Positions 42,527 to 53,890 of a stretch of 64,000 nucleotides of DNA are shown here, one piece after another. The DNA lies in assembly GCA_963816395.1 (NCBI GenBank), contig CAWFKQ010000014.1:1-64000 (forward strand). Direction: 5' to 3'. The notes beneath the pieces were generated by a model that was not told where the DNA came from, did not search any database, and worked only from the letters and a program-made list of their open reading frames with translations. Position numbers and translations under genes: made by a program. Within the stretch, counting starts at the first letter, position 1. The number at the start of each line of letters is the position of its first letter. This DNA comes from an uncultured delta proteobacterium (lineage in GTDB: Bacteria; Desulfobacterota; Desulfuromonadia; Desulfuromonadales; JACZKF01).

Positions 42527-42656
42527 GATGCAGGCTTCCTTTTCGGGATAATGATCGCGTAGCATTCCCACCAGCAGACCACGGCGGGCCACACAGCCTT
42601 CCCTCTTGCATCCAAAAATTACTTAAATTGACCTTTAATTACAACTAAAATGGTGA

Positions 42657-42672
42657 AGCAATTGAGATGCCA
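42657..42672 (-). promoter_or_regulatory. Sigma-54 promoter for the DDTD gene-small Cys ORF-taoR unit
   Basis: TGGCAT-CTCAA-TTGCT. Confidence 0.75.
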
Positions 42673-42947
42673 TCCCGCCAGGCTCTCGACTTCCGGAGAA
42701 AGAAAAGGCGTTTGCCACGCAATCAAGGGGGAGAAAAAACCGGCTAGGCGAAACGGGACGGCTTGTCCCATTCGGGAGTGTGGCGAATTTCCCCGTTCGG
42801 GTACAGTTCTGGGCAGGCGGGAATTAAGGCTGCAGAAATTTTTAACTGAAGACAGCTCTCTGGCGAGGGGATGTGAACCGGAACAACGACAGGTAAGGGG
42901 ATAAGAGGGAAGGCTTTCAACTCTTGCCCCTTGCCTGCGGCCTGCAT

Positions 42948-44163
<1,216 letters not shown>

Positions 44164-44223
44164 TCTTTCCTGCTCCAGTGAAATGGCCGGCGCTGCGTGG
44201 CGCCGGAGAGGCTCGAGGCCGGC

Positions 44224-44256
44224 AAAGGAAAAGGGTTTCCCCTTTCGGGAAAACCC
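44224..44256 (-). terminator. Intrinsic terminator, expression platform of the riboswitch
   Basis: GGGTTTTCCC-GAAA-GGGGAAACCC followed by TTTTCCTTT, between the aptamer and moeA. Confidence 0.75.
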
Positions 44257-44283
44257 TGCAAAACCGCCGCTGCGATTTCGGGG

Positions 44284-44376
44284 ATCTCCTTTCCGAAAGG
44301 GAGGCGCCGCCGTTTCCCGCAGCACCCGTTGGCCATCCGCCGTAGGATACCTTTAGGCGGGGAGGCTCGGAGAAAT
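44284..44376 (-). ncRNA. Moco-RNA motif riboswitch, P3-less (tungsten cofactor, Wco/Tuco-type) variant
   Basis: Minus strand reads CTCCGAGC..CCTAAAGG..TACGG..GGCC-AAC-GGGTG..GGAAAC..CGCCTCCC..GGAAAGGAG, matching the recalled Moco RNA consensus; upstream of moeA. Confidence 0.85.
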
Positions 44377-44491
44377 GGACCTGAAAATCATTAGAACATG
44401 GATTGAAGGCGAAAGAAAAGGGATTTCACCCAAATGGCGGGCAGGATCCCACGCCTCGATCCCGTCCCAACGCCATGGGCTGGCGCGTGCC

Positions 44492-45322
44492 TTACTCCGC
44501 TCTCTCCAGGGTGATCTCTTCGACCTCCATCTCCAGAAGATTAATGGTGAGAAATCGGTTGCGTAGCAGCCTCCCCTGGCCGAGCAGGATCTTGCAGACC
44601 TCGGCGACCTGGAAGCTGGCGACCAGGGCCGGAGTGAAGGAGGGATTGCCGAGCTGGGCCTCGATCCCCTTTCCCCCTCCCCAGAGGCCATAGATCTTGC
44701 GCAGGGTCTCTTCGCCGGGGAAAACGGTGGTGACATGCCCGTACCAGCCGGCAATCGCTCCATGGACCAGCGGCAACCCGAGCTCGGAGCAGGCATCGGC
44801 CAGTTCCAGGCGGGTCGGCACGTTGTCGACGGCGTCGACCACCACCTCCGCGCCGGCGAACAGTTCCACGGCATTGCCCTGGCCGACCGTGGTCTGAAAG
44901 GGGTATACGGTGACCGCCGGATTGATTTCACCGAGACGCTCCACCGCTGCCTGCGCTTTGGCCTGGCCGAGCCGGGCCGGAGAAGAGAGGAGCTGCCGGT
45001 TCAGGTTGTGCTCCTCGAAGGTATCCGGATCGATGGCGACCAGCTGCCCCACCCCGAGCCGGGCCAGCTCCTCGAGAATGAAACCGCCCAGGCCACCGCA
45101 GCCAACCACCGCCACCCGGCTGCGAAAGAGCCGCAGCTGCTGCGCGGCATCGAGCAGCTGCCGGTTGCGCTGATAGCGGGCCGGCAGGAAACCGCCGGTG
45201 AGAATCGCTTCCTCCACCTCGGCGCAGGTCAGGCCGAAGCGTTCCATTGCCGCCGTCTGACAGAGCCAGGGAACCAGGTCCCCCTCGGCCGCCGCCGTCA
45301 GAAAATCGTTCAGGCTGCTCAT
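44492..45322 (-). CDS. ThiF/MoeB family adenylyltransferase
   Basis: RYQRN, VVGCGGLGG, NLNRQ, DAVDN, GNPSFTP. Confidence 0.9.
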   Translation of the reverse strand: MSSLNDFLTAAAEGDLVPWLCQTAAMERFGLTCAEVEEAILTGGFLPARYQRNRQLLDAAQQLRLFRSRVAVVGCGGLGGFILEELARLGVGQLVAIDPDTFEEHNLNRQLLSSPARLGQAKAQAAVERLGEINPAVTVYPFQTTVGQGNAVELFAGAEVVVDAVDNVPTRLELADACSELGLPLVHGAIAGWYGHVTTVFPGEETLRKIYGLWGGGKGIEAQLGNPSFTPALVASFQVAEVCKILLGQGRLLRNRFLTINLLEMEVEEITLERAE

Positions 45323-45323
45323 C

Positions 45324-45548
45324 TCACCCACCCCCCAAGAGGGGGAAGATGGCCACCGTATCCCCGTCGCCGAGGCTGCGGTCCAGCTTGGCATGCCGGC
45401 TGTTGACCAGGATAATCCCCAATTGCTGCTCAGGGATTCCCAGTTCGGCGACAATCCGCCCCACGGTGGTGCCGGGGGGGTATTCCCGGTCCTCGACGGC
45501 GAATCGTCCCTGGCGAAAGGTGGCGAAGAGTTTTACGGCTATTTTCAT
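45324..45548 (-). CDS. moaD: MoaD/ThiS sulfur carrier
   Basis: MKIAVKLFATFR..ILVN..GDTVAIFPLLGGG with C-terminal GG. Confidence 0.9.
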   Translation of the reverse strand: MKIAVKLFATFRQGRFAVEDREYPPGTTVGRIVAELGIPEQQLGIILVNSRHAKLDRSLGDGDTVAIFPLLGGG

Positions 45549-46162
45549 ATACGCTCCCGGAAGTTGACGGTGAGCAGGGTGGACTCGCCCTCCGGCGGGA
45601 GCCAGCGGCCGGCCTGCAGTGTTTTCCAGTCCACCGGCTTGCCGTTGAGAAGTGCCTTGCGGCAATCCCTCCAGAATTCCTCTTCCTGGCCGGTGAGAAA
45701 AGCGGCGAGGGCGGAATTCTCCAGAATGATCCCCTCGCGGAGAAAGACGGGACCCAGCTCCGCCAGCAGCAGGTTGAACAGCTTGAGCCTGATCGCTCCC
45801 TCCCGCGTGCGTTCCCACGCCCCCGATTCCTGGTGGGAAATGGAGCTGCGCATGGCCGCGTAATAGCCGCCGCTGCGCATGGTGGCGCCGACCAGGCCGG
45901 GCATCGCCCCGGAAAGGGCCAGCACCGAACCGTCCCGGATGAGTGCACTATCGGCATTGTCGATGGCCTTGCCGTTGAGAAAGAGGGTGGTGATTCGGCT
46001 GTGCAGATAATCGGCAGCGATGCCGAACTGCCGGGCGAGGAGATCGGTGACGCTGCCGCCGACCAGGACCCGCAGAGTGACCCCCTGCTGCAGGAAGGGA
46101 AAGAAGGCCGGCAGCTGTTCGGGGTAGAGAACGAGACTGAGGGAGTTCGTCGGATTCTTCAT
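45545..46162 (-). CDS. Hypothetical protein with internal ubiquitin-like segment
   Basis: FLQQGV..ITTLFLNGKAID..IRDGSVLALSGAMPGLVGA; overlaps the moaD start (ATGA). Confidence 0.75.
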   Translation of the reverse strand: MKNPTNSLSLVLYPEQLPAFFPFLQQGVTLRVLVGGSVTDLLARQFGIAADYLHSRITTLFLNGKAIDNADSALIRDGSVLALSGAMPGLVGATMRSGGYYAAMRSSISHQESGAWERTREGAIRLKLFNLLLAELGPVFLREGIILENSALAAFLTGQEEEFWRDCRKALLNGKPVDWKTLQAGRWLPPEGESTLLTVNFRERI

Positions 46163-46524
46163 CACTGCCCTCTGGCGGTTGGCGGGTGAATCCGTCCGCA
46201 GCCGCGACATATGCCGTAACGGGCCGGGAAGTGATCCATATTGACGGTGAAACACCCCTGGCAGAGCCAGAACTTTAACCCGGCGACCTCCCCGCCGGCA
46301 GGGTGCTGAACAGCCAGCGATAATAGGCATCCCGCTCATACTCCGGGGGTTGCCCGGCCTTTTCCGCCAACTGTTCCAGCAGCATGTTCCCTCCGGGCAG
46401 GAGGTCGGGAGACGGCGCGGCTGGGGATGTTTACCCGCCGCCCCTTTACTCTGCCGATTTTTGCAGATTAAAAAATCCGCGTCAATCCGGGAATTCGCGG
46501 ACCACCTTTTCTTTCCTGGACGAC

Positions 46525-46562
46525 TGACCGCGGAGGGGAGGCCTGCCTCCCCTCCGCGGTCA
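46525..46562. other. Perfect 17-bp stem hairpin directly after the aor stop
   Basis: TGACCGCGGAGGGGAGG-CCTG-CCTCCCCTCCGCGGTCA; no adjacent U tract. Confidence 0.7.
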
Positions 46563-46568
46563 CAGCTG

Positions 46569-48305
46569 CTACCAGTTGAATACCTCGTCGAGTTCCTCAT
46601 CCTTCATGGTGAAGGTCTGGTTGTGCGGGGCGATCGGGTCGGTGTAGAAGTAGCGCGGCAGCCGGTCGTGCTCCTTGGTGAAGCCCGCCCGCTTGTTGAA
46701 ATCGCGCTCGGCCGAAAGGACCGTCTTGCCGAGGGCGACGACGTCATCGCCGGTCAGGCTGGTGCCGTAGAAGGCGTTGAGCATATCGAGCAGGGCCTGG
46801 AAGGTCTCCGGCTGGTCCATGATGGCGAAGGCGATAAACAGGCACATGCCGGTGGAGTCGATGGCCGCCGTGGCGATCTGCAGGTTGCGCGAGAGCTCCA
46901 CCTGCCCTTCGGTCTTGAGCGGATCGACATCGCCGCCGACCTTGAGGATGTTGGTGGCGATGGCGTAGCCGGCGGTGTGGTCGGCGCCCATGGTGGTGGT
47001 GGCATAGGTGACGCCGATCCCCTGGATCGGCCGCGGATCGTAGGCGGGAAGCGCTTGCCCCTTGACCACCGGCACCTTCTCCACGCCGAAGACCTTGCCG
47101 GTGATCGCGGCGCCGCTGCCCAGAACGCGCCCGAGCGGGGTCCCCTTGGCGACCTCCTCCATCAGCCGGATGGCGCCTTCGCGGTCGCCGAACTCGGCCA
47201 GCCCGGCATCCATGGCGACGCCGATGGTGACCCCCATCTCGATGGTGTCGACGCCGATGTTGTCGTCGATGTAGTCGAGGCGGGCGACCGTGTCGAGGTC
47301 GTCGATGCCGCAGTGGCCGCCATGCGACCAGACCGTCTCGTACTCGGGCTGCTTGGTGACGTAGTTGCCGTCCTTGTCGTTGAAGATGCCGGAGCACTGG
47401 ATGACGCAGCCGCGATGGCAGCCGTGGGTGGCGCTGCCGCCGCGCTTGATCTCCAGCTCGGCCTGCGCCTCGCCGCTGAGCTTGGCGGCGCCTTCGAACA
47501 CGCCCGATTTGAAGTTGCGGGTCGGATAGCCGCCGGCCTCGTTGAGGACGTTGGTGAGGACGTTGGTGCCGTAGGCGGGCAGACCCTCGCCGGTCACCGG
47601 GTGCTTGCGCAGCCCCTCGACGAACTTGCGGTTGGCGTCGCGGTACTTCTCCGGGTCTTTCGGGGCGCGGTGCTTCAGACCGGCGTCGTCGAGGATGATC
47701 GCCTTGACCTTCTTCGAACCCATGACGGCGCCGACGCCGCCGCGGCCGCAGTGGCGGGTGGGGCGCAGTTCCGGGTCGGTACAGGCGATGGAGGCGGCAA
47801 GCAGCAGCCGCTCGCCGGCCGAGCCGATGGTCATGTAGGCCACCCTGTCGCCGTATTCCTGGCGCAGCTTCGCCACCAGAGGATAGTTGTCGAGCAGCTT
47901 CAGGCTGTTGTCGACGACGATCTGCACTCCGTCCTTGTTGATGACGATCTTGTACAGGTCGTCCCCTGCCGGCTTCCCTTCCAGTACGATGGCGGCATAG
48001 CCGAGGCGCGCCAGCACCTGGGCGGCCTGGCCGCCGGCGTTCGACTCCTTGATGGTGCCGGTGAGGGGGCTCTTGCAGCCGACGGAGAGCCGACCGCTCA
48101 TGGCGCCGGTGGAGCCGCTCAGCATGCCCGGGGCGATGACCAGCTTGTTCTCCGCCCCCAGGGGGTGACAGAGGGGATTCACTTCCTTGTTGATCATCAG
48201 GGAGGTCGTCGCCCTCCCCCCGAGCCCGGCATACTCGCCGACCGGCTCGGTGGTCATCTTCGGGCCGCCCGGGGCGCCCATGTCGATCCTGAGAATCGTT
48301 TCCAT
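46569..48305 (-). CDS. aor: Tungsten aldehyde:ferredoxin oxidoreductase
   Basis: KSPLTGTIKESNAGG, GRGGVGAVMGSKKVKAI, CHRGCVIQC, PEYET, YDPR, MGADH, DRLP. Confidence 0.96.
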   Translation of the reverse strand: METILRIDMGAPGGPKMTTEPVGEYAGLGGRATTSLMINKEVNPLCHPLGAENKLVIAPGMLSGSTGAMSGRLSVGCKSPLTGTIKESNAGGQAAQVLARLGYAAIVLEGKPAGDDLYKIVINKDGVQIVVDNSLKLLDNYPLVAKLRQEYGDRVAYMTIGSAGERLLLAASIACTDPELRPTRHCGRGGVGAVMGSKKVKAIILDDAGLKHRAPKDPEKYRDANRKFVEGLRKHPVTGEGLPAYGTNVLTNVLNEAGGYPTRNFKSGVFEGAAKLSGEAQAELEIKRGGSATHGCHRGCVIQCSGIFNDKDGNYVTKQPEYETVWSHGGHCGIDDLDTVARLDYIDDNIGVDTIEMGVTIGVAMDAGLAEFGDREGAIRLMEEVAKGTPLGRVLGSGAAITGKVFGVEKVPVVKGQALPAYDPRPIQGIGVTYATTTMGADHTAGYAIATNILKVGGDVDPLKTEGQVELSRNLQIATAAIDSTGMCLFIAFAIMDQPETFQALLDMLNAFYGTSLTGDDVVALGKTVLSAERDFNKRAGFTKEHDRLPRYFYTDPIAPHNQTFTMKDEELDEVFNW

Positions 48306-48506
48306 ACCCGTGGTTTCTCCTTTACCGTGCAAAAGGTGAAAAAGCTCCTTTCCACAAGGGAGGCAGGGCCGTTTCCGGCACTACCCATTGGCCGTTCGCC
48401 AGGGGACACGCCCGTCAGGCAGCCAGGCTCGGAGGTAATACAGCATTTTGGAGACAGGACATCTCAAAACATGCCTTTTCCTGCGGCTTTCACCGTTTTC
48501 TGGTTT

Positions 48507-48542
48507 TGCAACACTAGTGCCATCAATAGAACGATGGTTGAT
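48507..48542 (-). promoter_or_regulatory. Sigma-54 promoter of aor with upstream 17-bp motif
   Basis: TGGCAC-TAGTG-TTGCA at 48522-48507; ATAGAACGATGGTTGAT at 48526-48542. Confidence 0.8.
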
Positions 48543-48713
48543 CATTTATTCTAGCTATAAATACCGGCAGGTTTGCAAGGAGATAACGGAAATCGGCGAC
48601 AATCCCAGGGAACGGGCGGCGGCGGATGGGAATAGAGGAAGGGGCGGTTCGTCGCTCGCGCCCCTGTTGCTTTTCTCCACAGCGTGGAGAAACTACCCGG
48701 AACGGTAATCATT

Positions 48714-50148
48714 TTACGCCAATATTTCCATCTGCCGCAGAACCACCACCCGATAGCTGGCGAAACTCTTCCGCCGCAGGCACCCCCAGAAAACACCGGC
48801 GCCGTAGGCGATCTGCTCCAGCAGGTAGATGCCGGCGAAGCCGGGGAACCACAGGCGCGGCTTGCGCACCACGTAATCGACGCCGGCGGCGCAGCCGAGC
48901 GCCGCCGCCGGCACCGCCCACATGCCCGGCAGCAGGACGGCCAGGGCGAGGAGCGGCAGCGCGTAGTAGCGCACCAGGTGATAAGCACAGGTAGTAGAAG
49001 AGGCTGCCGAGAGCCCGCAGCCGCCCGGCCAGCAGCGCCGGCAGCCTGATCGGCACCCCCCGGCGGACCAGCCGCCGGCGCATCAATGCAGCGTCGGCCG
49101 CGAGGACCCCGGCGGCGAGGAGCGCGGGCCACCAGCCGGCAAAGGGTGCCGCCGCGGCGAGGGCCAGCACCGCCGCGAGCAGGGGAGGAACCACCAGCCG
49201 CTTGCGGCGCTCCGGGTGCAGGCGCTGCAGCACCCCCTCGGAGGTGCCGTAATCAAAGCGCCGGGTCATGAAGGAGCGAACGCTGCTGCGGTGCGCGTGC
49301 AGCACCCGGCCGGCGGGAAGATAGGCGATCCGCCAGCCACCGTCCCGCAGCCGCCAGGTAAGGTCCACATCCTCCCCCACCTGCATGGTCTCTTCGAAGC
49401 CGCAGGCGGCGAGGAAGGCGGTCCGCCGCACCAGCAGGTTGCAGCTCGGCAGGTAGAAGGTGTCGTCCCCCCCCTGCCCCGAGCGCTCCCGGGAACCGAG
49501 GGAGAGGCTGGACATTACCGCCTCGTAGCGGTCGACGGCCGATTCGGTGCACATGCCGTCCACTCTCCCCCCTACGGCGGCCATCTCCGGGTCGGCGAAG
49601 GCGGGGACCAACTCCGCCAGCCAGCGCGGCGAGGCGGTGCAGTCCGAGTCGATGAAGGCGAGGATCTCCCCGCCGGCCGCCGCCGCCCCGACGTTGCGGG
49701 CCGCCGCCGGCCCCCGGCCGCTCCCCCCCGAGGGGAGGACGCGGACGCCGGATCGGCGCGCCACCTCGGCAGTGGCATCGCGGCTGCCGTCGTCGACGAC
49801 AATGACCTCCAGCTGCTCCCGCGGATACTCGAGCTCGGCGAGGGAGGCGAGGCAGCGCTGCAGCTCCTCGGCCCGGTCCTTCACCGGGATGACGATGCTG
49901 ACCGTCGGCCGCTCGGCCGGCTCCCCGAGCGTGCTGCGCAGCCGCTCGACGAACCCTTTCCCCGCCAGCTGTTCCAGGACCTTCCCCTCCCCTGCCGTGG
50001 CGCCGCGCAGCACCCCGCCCTCCCCGCGCCGCAGCAGGGCCGCCAGGGAGGCGTTCAGCCGCAGGGCGCGAAGCGGGGCCTGGGAGATGAGAAAAATTCC
50101 CCCGTCCCGCTCCACGATTTCGGTTTTCGGCGCCAGGCGGTAGTTCAT
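48714..50148 (-). CDS. mftF: Mycofactocin glycosyltransferase, frameshift near 48985
   Basis: VIPVKDR, VVDDGS, GPAAARN, FIDSDC, YLPSCNLLVRR, GEDVDL, DYGTSE; C-terminus in ORF 48714..48974. Confidence 0.9.
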
Positions 50149-50169
50149 CTCAAGACCTAAAGAGAATTA

Positions 50170-50270
50170 TTCACCACGGAGGACACGGAGAGCACTGAGG
50201 AATTAAAAGCCTAGCTTCTTTGCTTTAAATTCGCGAGAATATTTCAGATCTTAATCTTCTCAGTGTCCTT
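50170..50270. repeat. Nonamer-type intergenic repeat (CACCACGGAG-GA-CACGGAG-AG-CACTGAG) with partial inverted copy
   Basis: Read at 50172-50200; CTCAGTG counterpart near 50260. Confidence 0.55.
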
Positions 50271-51190
50271 GTCTTGATAAATGGGTTCTTTGCACATGCA
50301 TCAGTGCCTTTGGCACCAGCCCCTCTTCCTCGAAGATCCGCCACAACCCTGCCGCCGTCTCTTCGGCGGAGAGCGCGTGCGTCTTTCCCTCCGCTCGCCT
50401 TGATCCCCCCCGAAAGGAGGGAGAGGATGCGCTCGAAAGCCGGCAGGGTCGCGTCCGGCGTCGCCACCCGCACCGGGTCGGGGCGCGGAACGCCGAATTC
50501 CGCCGTCTCCAGGTAGGCGCCGACGGCGCCGATCTGCCAGAAGGGGAGCCCGAGGTGGGAAAGTTCCCAGACCTCCACCGATGCGGCGAGGGAGGCGGTT
50601 ATCGCTCCGATCGCCGGGTAGCGCGGTGTCGTTCCCTCCTCGAAGAGGACAGTGCAGGGGAAAGGGGCGGCGACGGTCTGCCGCGCTCCGCGGTCCGACT
50701 TGCGCAGTACCTCGACCCCGCCCTCGGTCAGGGCGAGGGAAACCGCGGCGCCGATGCACGGCCGGCCGGCAGCGGCGGCGGCCAGGGCCGGCGCCGGATC
50801 GTCCCCGCGATCGATCAGCCGGTTGCCGGTAAAGACCAGGGTCGGGGTGAGAATCTCGATGATGCGGGCGAGAACGCGGGCGTCGGCCACGGCATCCCCC
50901 CCCTCCAGGCCATGGTCCCAGAAGCGGATTCCCCGATCCGCCCCCATGGCGAAGGCCAGCCGCAGGGTATCATCGAGCCGCTCCGGGCCGACGGCGAGAA
51001 CGGTCACCGCCGCACCGGTGCGGTCCTTCAGGCAGAGCGCCTCCTCCAGAGCGGCGAGATCGGCCGGGTTCGGTACTCGCCGCAGCCCCCGCTCGCTGAT
51101 CCCGGCGCCGCGGGTGGTGACTTTGGCCGGCGGCCGGGGATCGGCGGTCTCACGAAGGAGGACGAGTATGTCAAGTTTGTTATTGGTCAT
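50261..51190 (-). CDS. fixA: Electron transfer flavoprotein beta subunit (mycofactocin-associated), frameshift near 50395, 3' end uncertain
   Basis: NPADLAALEEAL, AFAMGADRGI, VLARII, RKSDRG. Confidence 0.85.
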
Positions 51191-51201
51191 GTGAGCCTCT
51201 G

Positions 51202-51314
51202 AAATTTTGAATTTTAAATTTTGAATTCTGAATTATTAGAACCAAAACCAACGGAGTTATGACTTCGGCTTTTCGAGTTTTCAATTCAAAATTAAGAATT
51301 CAAAATTCAAAATT
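51202..51314. repeat. AT-rich inverted repeat built from 7-bp units (GAATTTT / AAAATTC)
   Basis: AAATTTTGAATTTTAAATTTTGAATTCTGAATT ... AATTCAAAATTAAGAATTCAAAATTCAAAATT. Confidence 0.85.
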
Positions 51315-51320
51315 GCCTTT

Positions 51321-51601
51321 CTAGGTCATCCGATACGCCACCCCGAACCCGCCTCTCGGGTACCGCCATCGCGTGAACGCCTTTTTCGCTGGCAGACGAC
51401 ATAGCAGGTGCCGCATTCGAGACAGCCGTCGTGGACGAAGGTCATCTTCTGCTCCGCCTCGTTCCAGGTGTAGCAGCGGGCCGGGCAGGAGTTGGTGCAG
51501 GCGCGGTTGTCGCAGGCGGCGCATTTCTGGGTGTCGAGGACGATGTGCGGCTCGCGGTCGATGGTGAAGCTGGTGAAGTCGAAGATCTCGTCGATGTTCA
51601 T
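51321..51601 (-). CDS. fixX: FixX-type ferredoxin, frameshift near 51385
   Basis: HIVLD..CAACDNRACTNSCPARCY..GCLECGTCYVVC..WRYPRGGFGVAYR. Confidence 0.88.
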
Positions 51602-52894
51602 AGGGCTCTCCAGGCGCTGAAGGCGTCGGCCGCCAGGTTTTTCAATCCGACCTTCTTCCGGGCTCTCTTCAGGAAGAGCCGGGAGAGGTTCCCCTTCGCC
51701 GTCCCCTCGATGCGGTAGATATCTTCCATCACGCCGCAGACCAGTTCCGGGTAGTCGCTGTAGATGCGGTCGTTGTGCAGCATGTGCGGCGCCCGCCGGG
51801 CTTGCTTGAGGTCCTGCAGGACGTGGCTCCCCGCCAGCAGCCGGCGGTAGCTCTGCAGCCCCTGCCGGCTGAAGTCGCCGCTCTCGTGGGCGGCGACCGC
51901 GGCCTGCCCGGCGAGTACCCCGGACTGCGCCGCCAGGTTGATCCCCTCCAGGTTGACGCCGGTGGCGTTGCAGAAGGCGGCGGCGTCGCCGGTGACCAGG
52001 ATGCCGTCGCCGACCAGTTCGGGGATCATGTCGTAGCCGCCCTCGGGGATGAGGTGGGCCGAGTACTCCTGCAGCCGGCCGCCGCGCACCATCTTCGCCA
52101 CCTGCGGCTGCTCGAGGAAGGCGTTGAGCAGGTCGTAGGGGGTCTTGCCGCTCGTCCGCAGGCTCGCCAGGTGGAAGACGAGGCCGACGGAGAGGGAGTC
52201 GTAATTGGTGTAGAGGAAGGCGCCGCCGCGCACGCCGGCGGTGCAGCCGACGAACTCGTTGGCGAAGCCCTGGTCGCGCACCAGACCGAAGCGGTCGTCG
52301 ATCGTCTCCTTGGGCAGGTCGAGGAGGGCCTTCACCCCGACCGCCATCTGCGCCGGGTCGAAGGTCGGCCGTCGCAGCCCGGCTTTCAGCGCGGTGAAGG
52401 AGAGGACGCCGTCGGCGGCGATCACCACCGGGGCGGTGAGTTCCCCCCGGTCGAGGACGGTGACGCCGGCCACCCGGCCGTTCTTCGTGACGACATCGTC
52501 CACCGTGGCGCGGGTGATCAGGGTGGCGCCGGCCTTGACCGCCTCCTCCGCCAGCCAGGCGTCGAAGCGCGGGCGGAAGATGGTGTAGCCGTTGAACGGC
52601 GGCTTGTCGAAGCTGCCCGCCTCGATGACGGTGCTGAAGCTGGAGTCGCCGGTGGTGAAGGTGACCCCCTTCTTGACGATGTGCCGCTCCAGCGGCGCCC
52701 GCTCCCAGAAGTCGGGGAAGATCGCCTCCAGGGCGGGGATGCGGTGCAGCACGCCGCCGAACATGTTCTTCTCGCCGGGGAAGGTGCCGCGCTCGACCAG
52801 GGCGACATCGAGCCCGGCCCGGGCCATGGTCAGGGCGGCGGCAGAGCCGGCCGGGCCCGGCGCCGACGACGATCGCCTGAAAATTCGTCTTCAT
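51598..52894 (-). CDS. fixC: FixC-type ETF:quinone oxidoreductase, frameshift near 52850
   Basis: AIVVGAGP, ERGTFPGEKNMFGG, FWERAPLER, RFDAWL, EYSAHLIPEGG, TGDAA. Confidence 0.9.
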
Positions 52895-53890
52895 CGGGCA
52901 CCTCCGGCGTTCGCCCGGGCCCGTTCCAGGAGGCGCGGCAGGACAGTTTTGAGATCGGCCACGAACCCCTCGTCGGCGTTGGGCAGGATGGGGGCCTTCG
53001 GGTCGATGTTGACGGCGACGATGCGGCGCGAATCCTTGATCCCGCCGATGTGGTGCATGGAGCCGGAGATGCCGAGGGCGAGGTAGAGCCGGGGGGTGAC
53101 GGTGCGGCCGGTCTGCCCGACCATCCGCTCGAAGCCGGTCCAGCCGAGATCGTAGACCGGGCGGGTGACGCCGAAGGAGACATTGAGCAGGCGGCAGAGC
53201 TCCCGCAGCTGCTCGAAGGTCGCCGCGTCGCACCCCTTGCCGGCGCTGAAGATCACTTCCGCCTCGGTGAGGTCGACGGTCTGCGGATCGGGGGGGATGC
53301 GGCCGGTGATCCGGGCCGCCTTCTCCGCCCGGATTTGGCCCGGCTGCCAGACGGTCACCGCCGGGGTCGTGGGGCGAACCGTCGGCAGGAGCACCTGGCT
53401 GAGGGCGCGGACCGGCACGGTGAGGACCAGGGGGCGCTTGCCGTCCCAGAGCTTGGTTTCCGCCACCCGGCCGCCCAGGGCCGGGCGGGAGAGGCGCACC
53501 CCGCCCTCGCCGCGCCGGGCGGTCGCCACCTCGGTGAGGAGGGCGGCGTCGAGGGCGGCGGCGGCGACCGGTGCCAGGGTGGCGCCCAGGTCGTTGTGCG
53601 GCAGCAGGAGCACCGTCGTTCCCTGCGCCGCGGCCAGGGCGGCCAGGGTCCGGCCGAGGAGGGCCGGGGTGTCCAGGAGGCTCTCGCCCCCCTGCACCTG
53701 GGTGATCGCCGGGGTGCCGTAGGCGCCGAAGCCGGCCAGCTGCGCCATCGCCGGGAGCGGCCGCGGTGACCGCCTCCCAGCCGCTGCCGAGGATGCCGGC
53801 CAGGCGCGCGCCCCAGGAGAGGAGCCCGCGGCCGGTCTCGTCGAGCTCGCCGCCGGGCAGATCGACGAAGAGAAGGAGTTTGCCGCCCAT
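52891..53890 (-). CDS. fixB: Electron transfer flavoprotein alpha subunit, frameshift near 53750
   Basis: VDLTEAEVI, GVTRP, MVGQTGRTVTPRLYLALGISGSMHH, AVNIDPKAPI. Confidence 0.9.

Noticed and set aside
46350..48554. 734-aa plus-strand ORF (likewise 55082..57643, 51775..53769, 22180..23946)
   Set aside because: Antisense shadows of aor, mft, fix and RND genes
51326..53890. 854-aa ORF suggesting an ETF-FixC-ferredoxin fusion
   Set aside because: Produced by frameshifts; it only touches the true frames at the starts of fixB, fixC and fixX, which have their own overlapping start/stop codons
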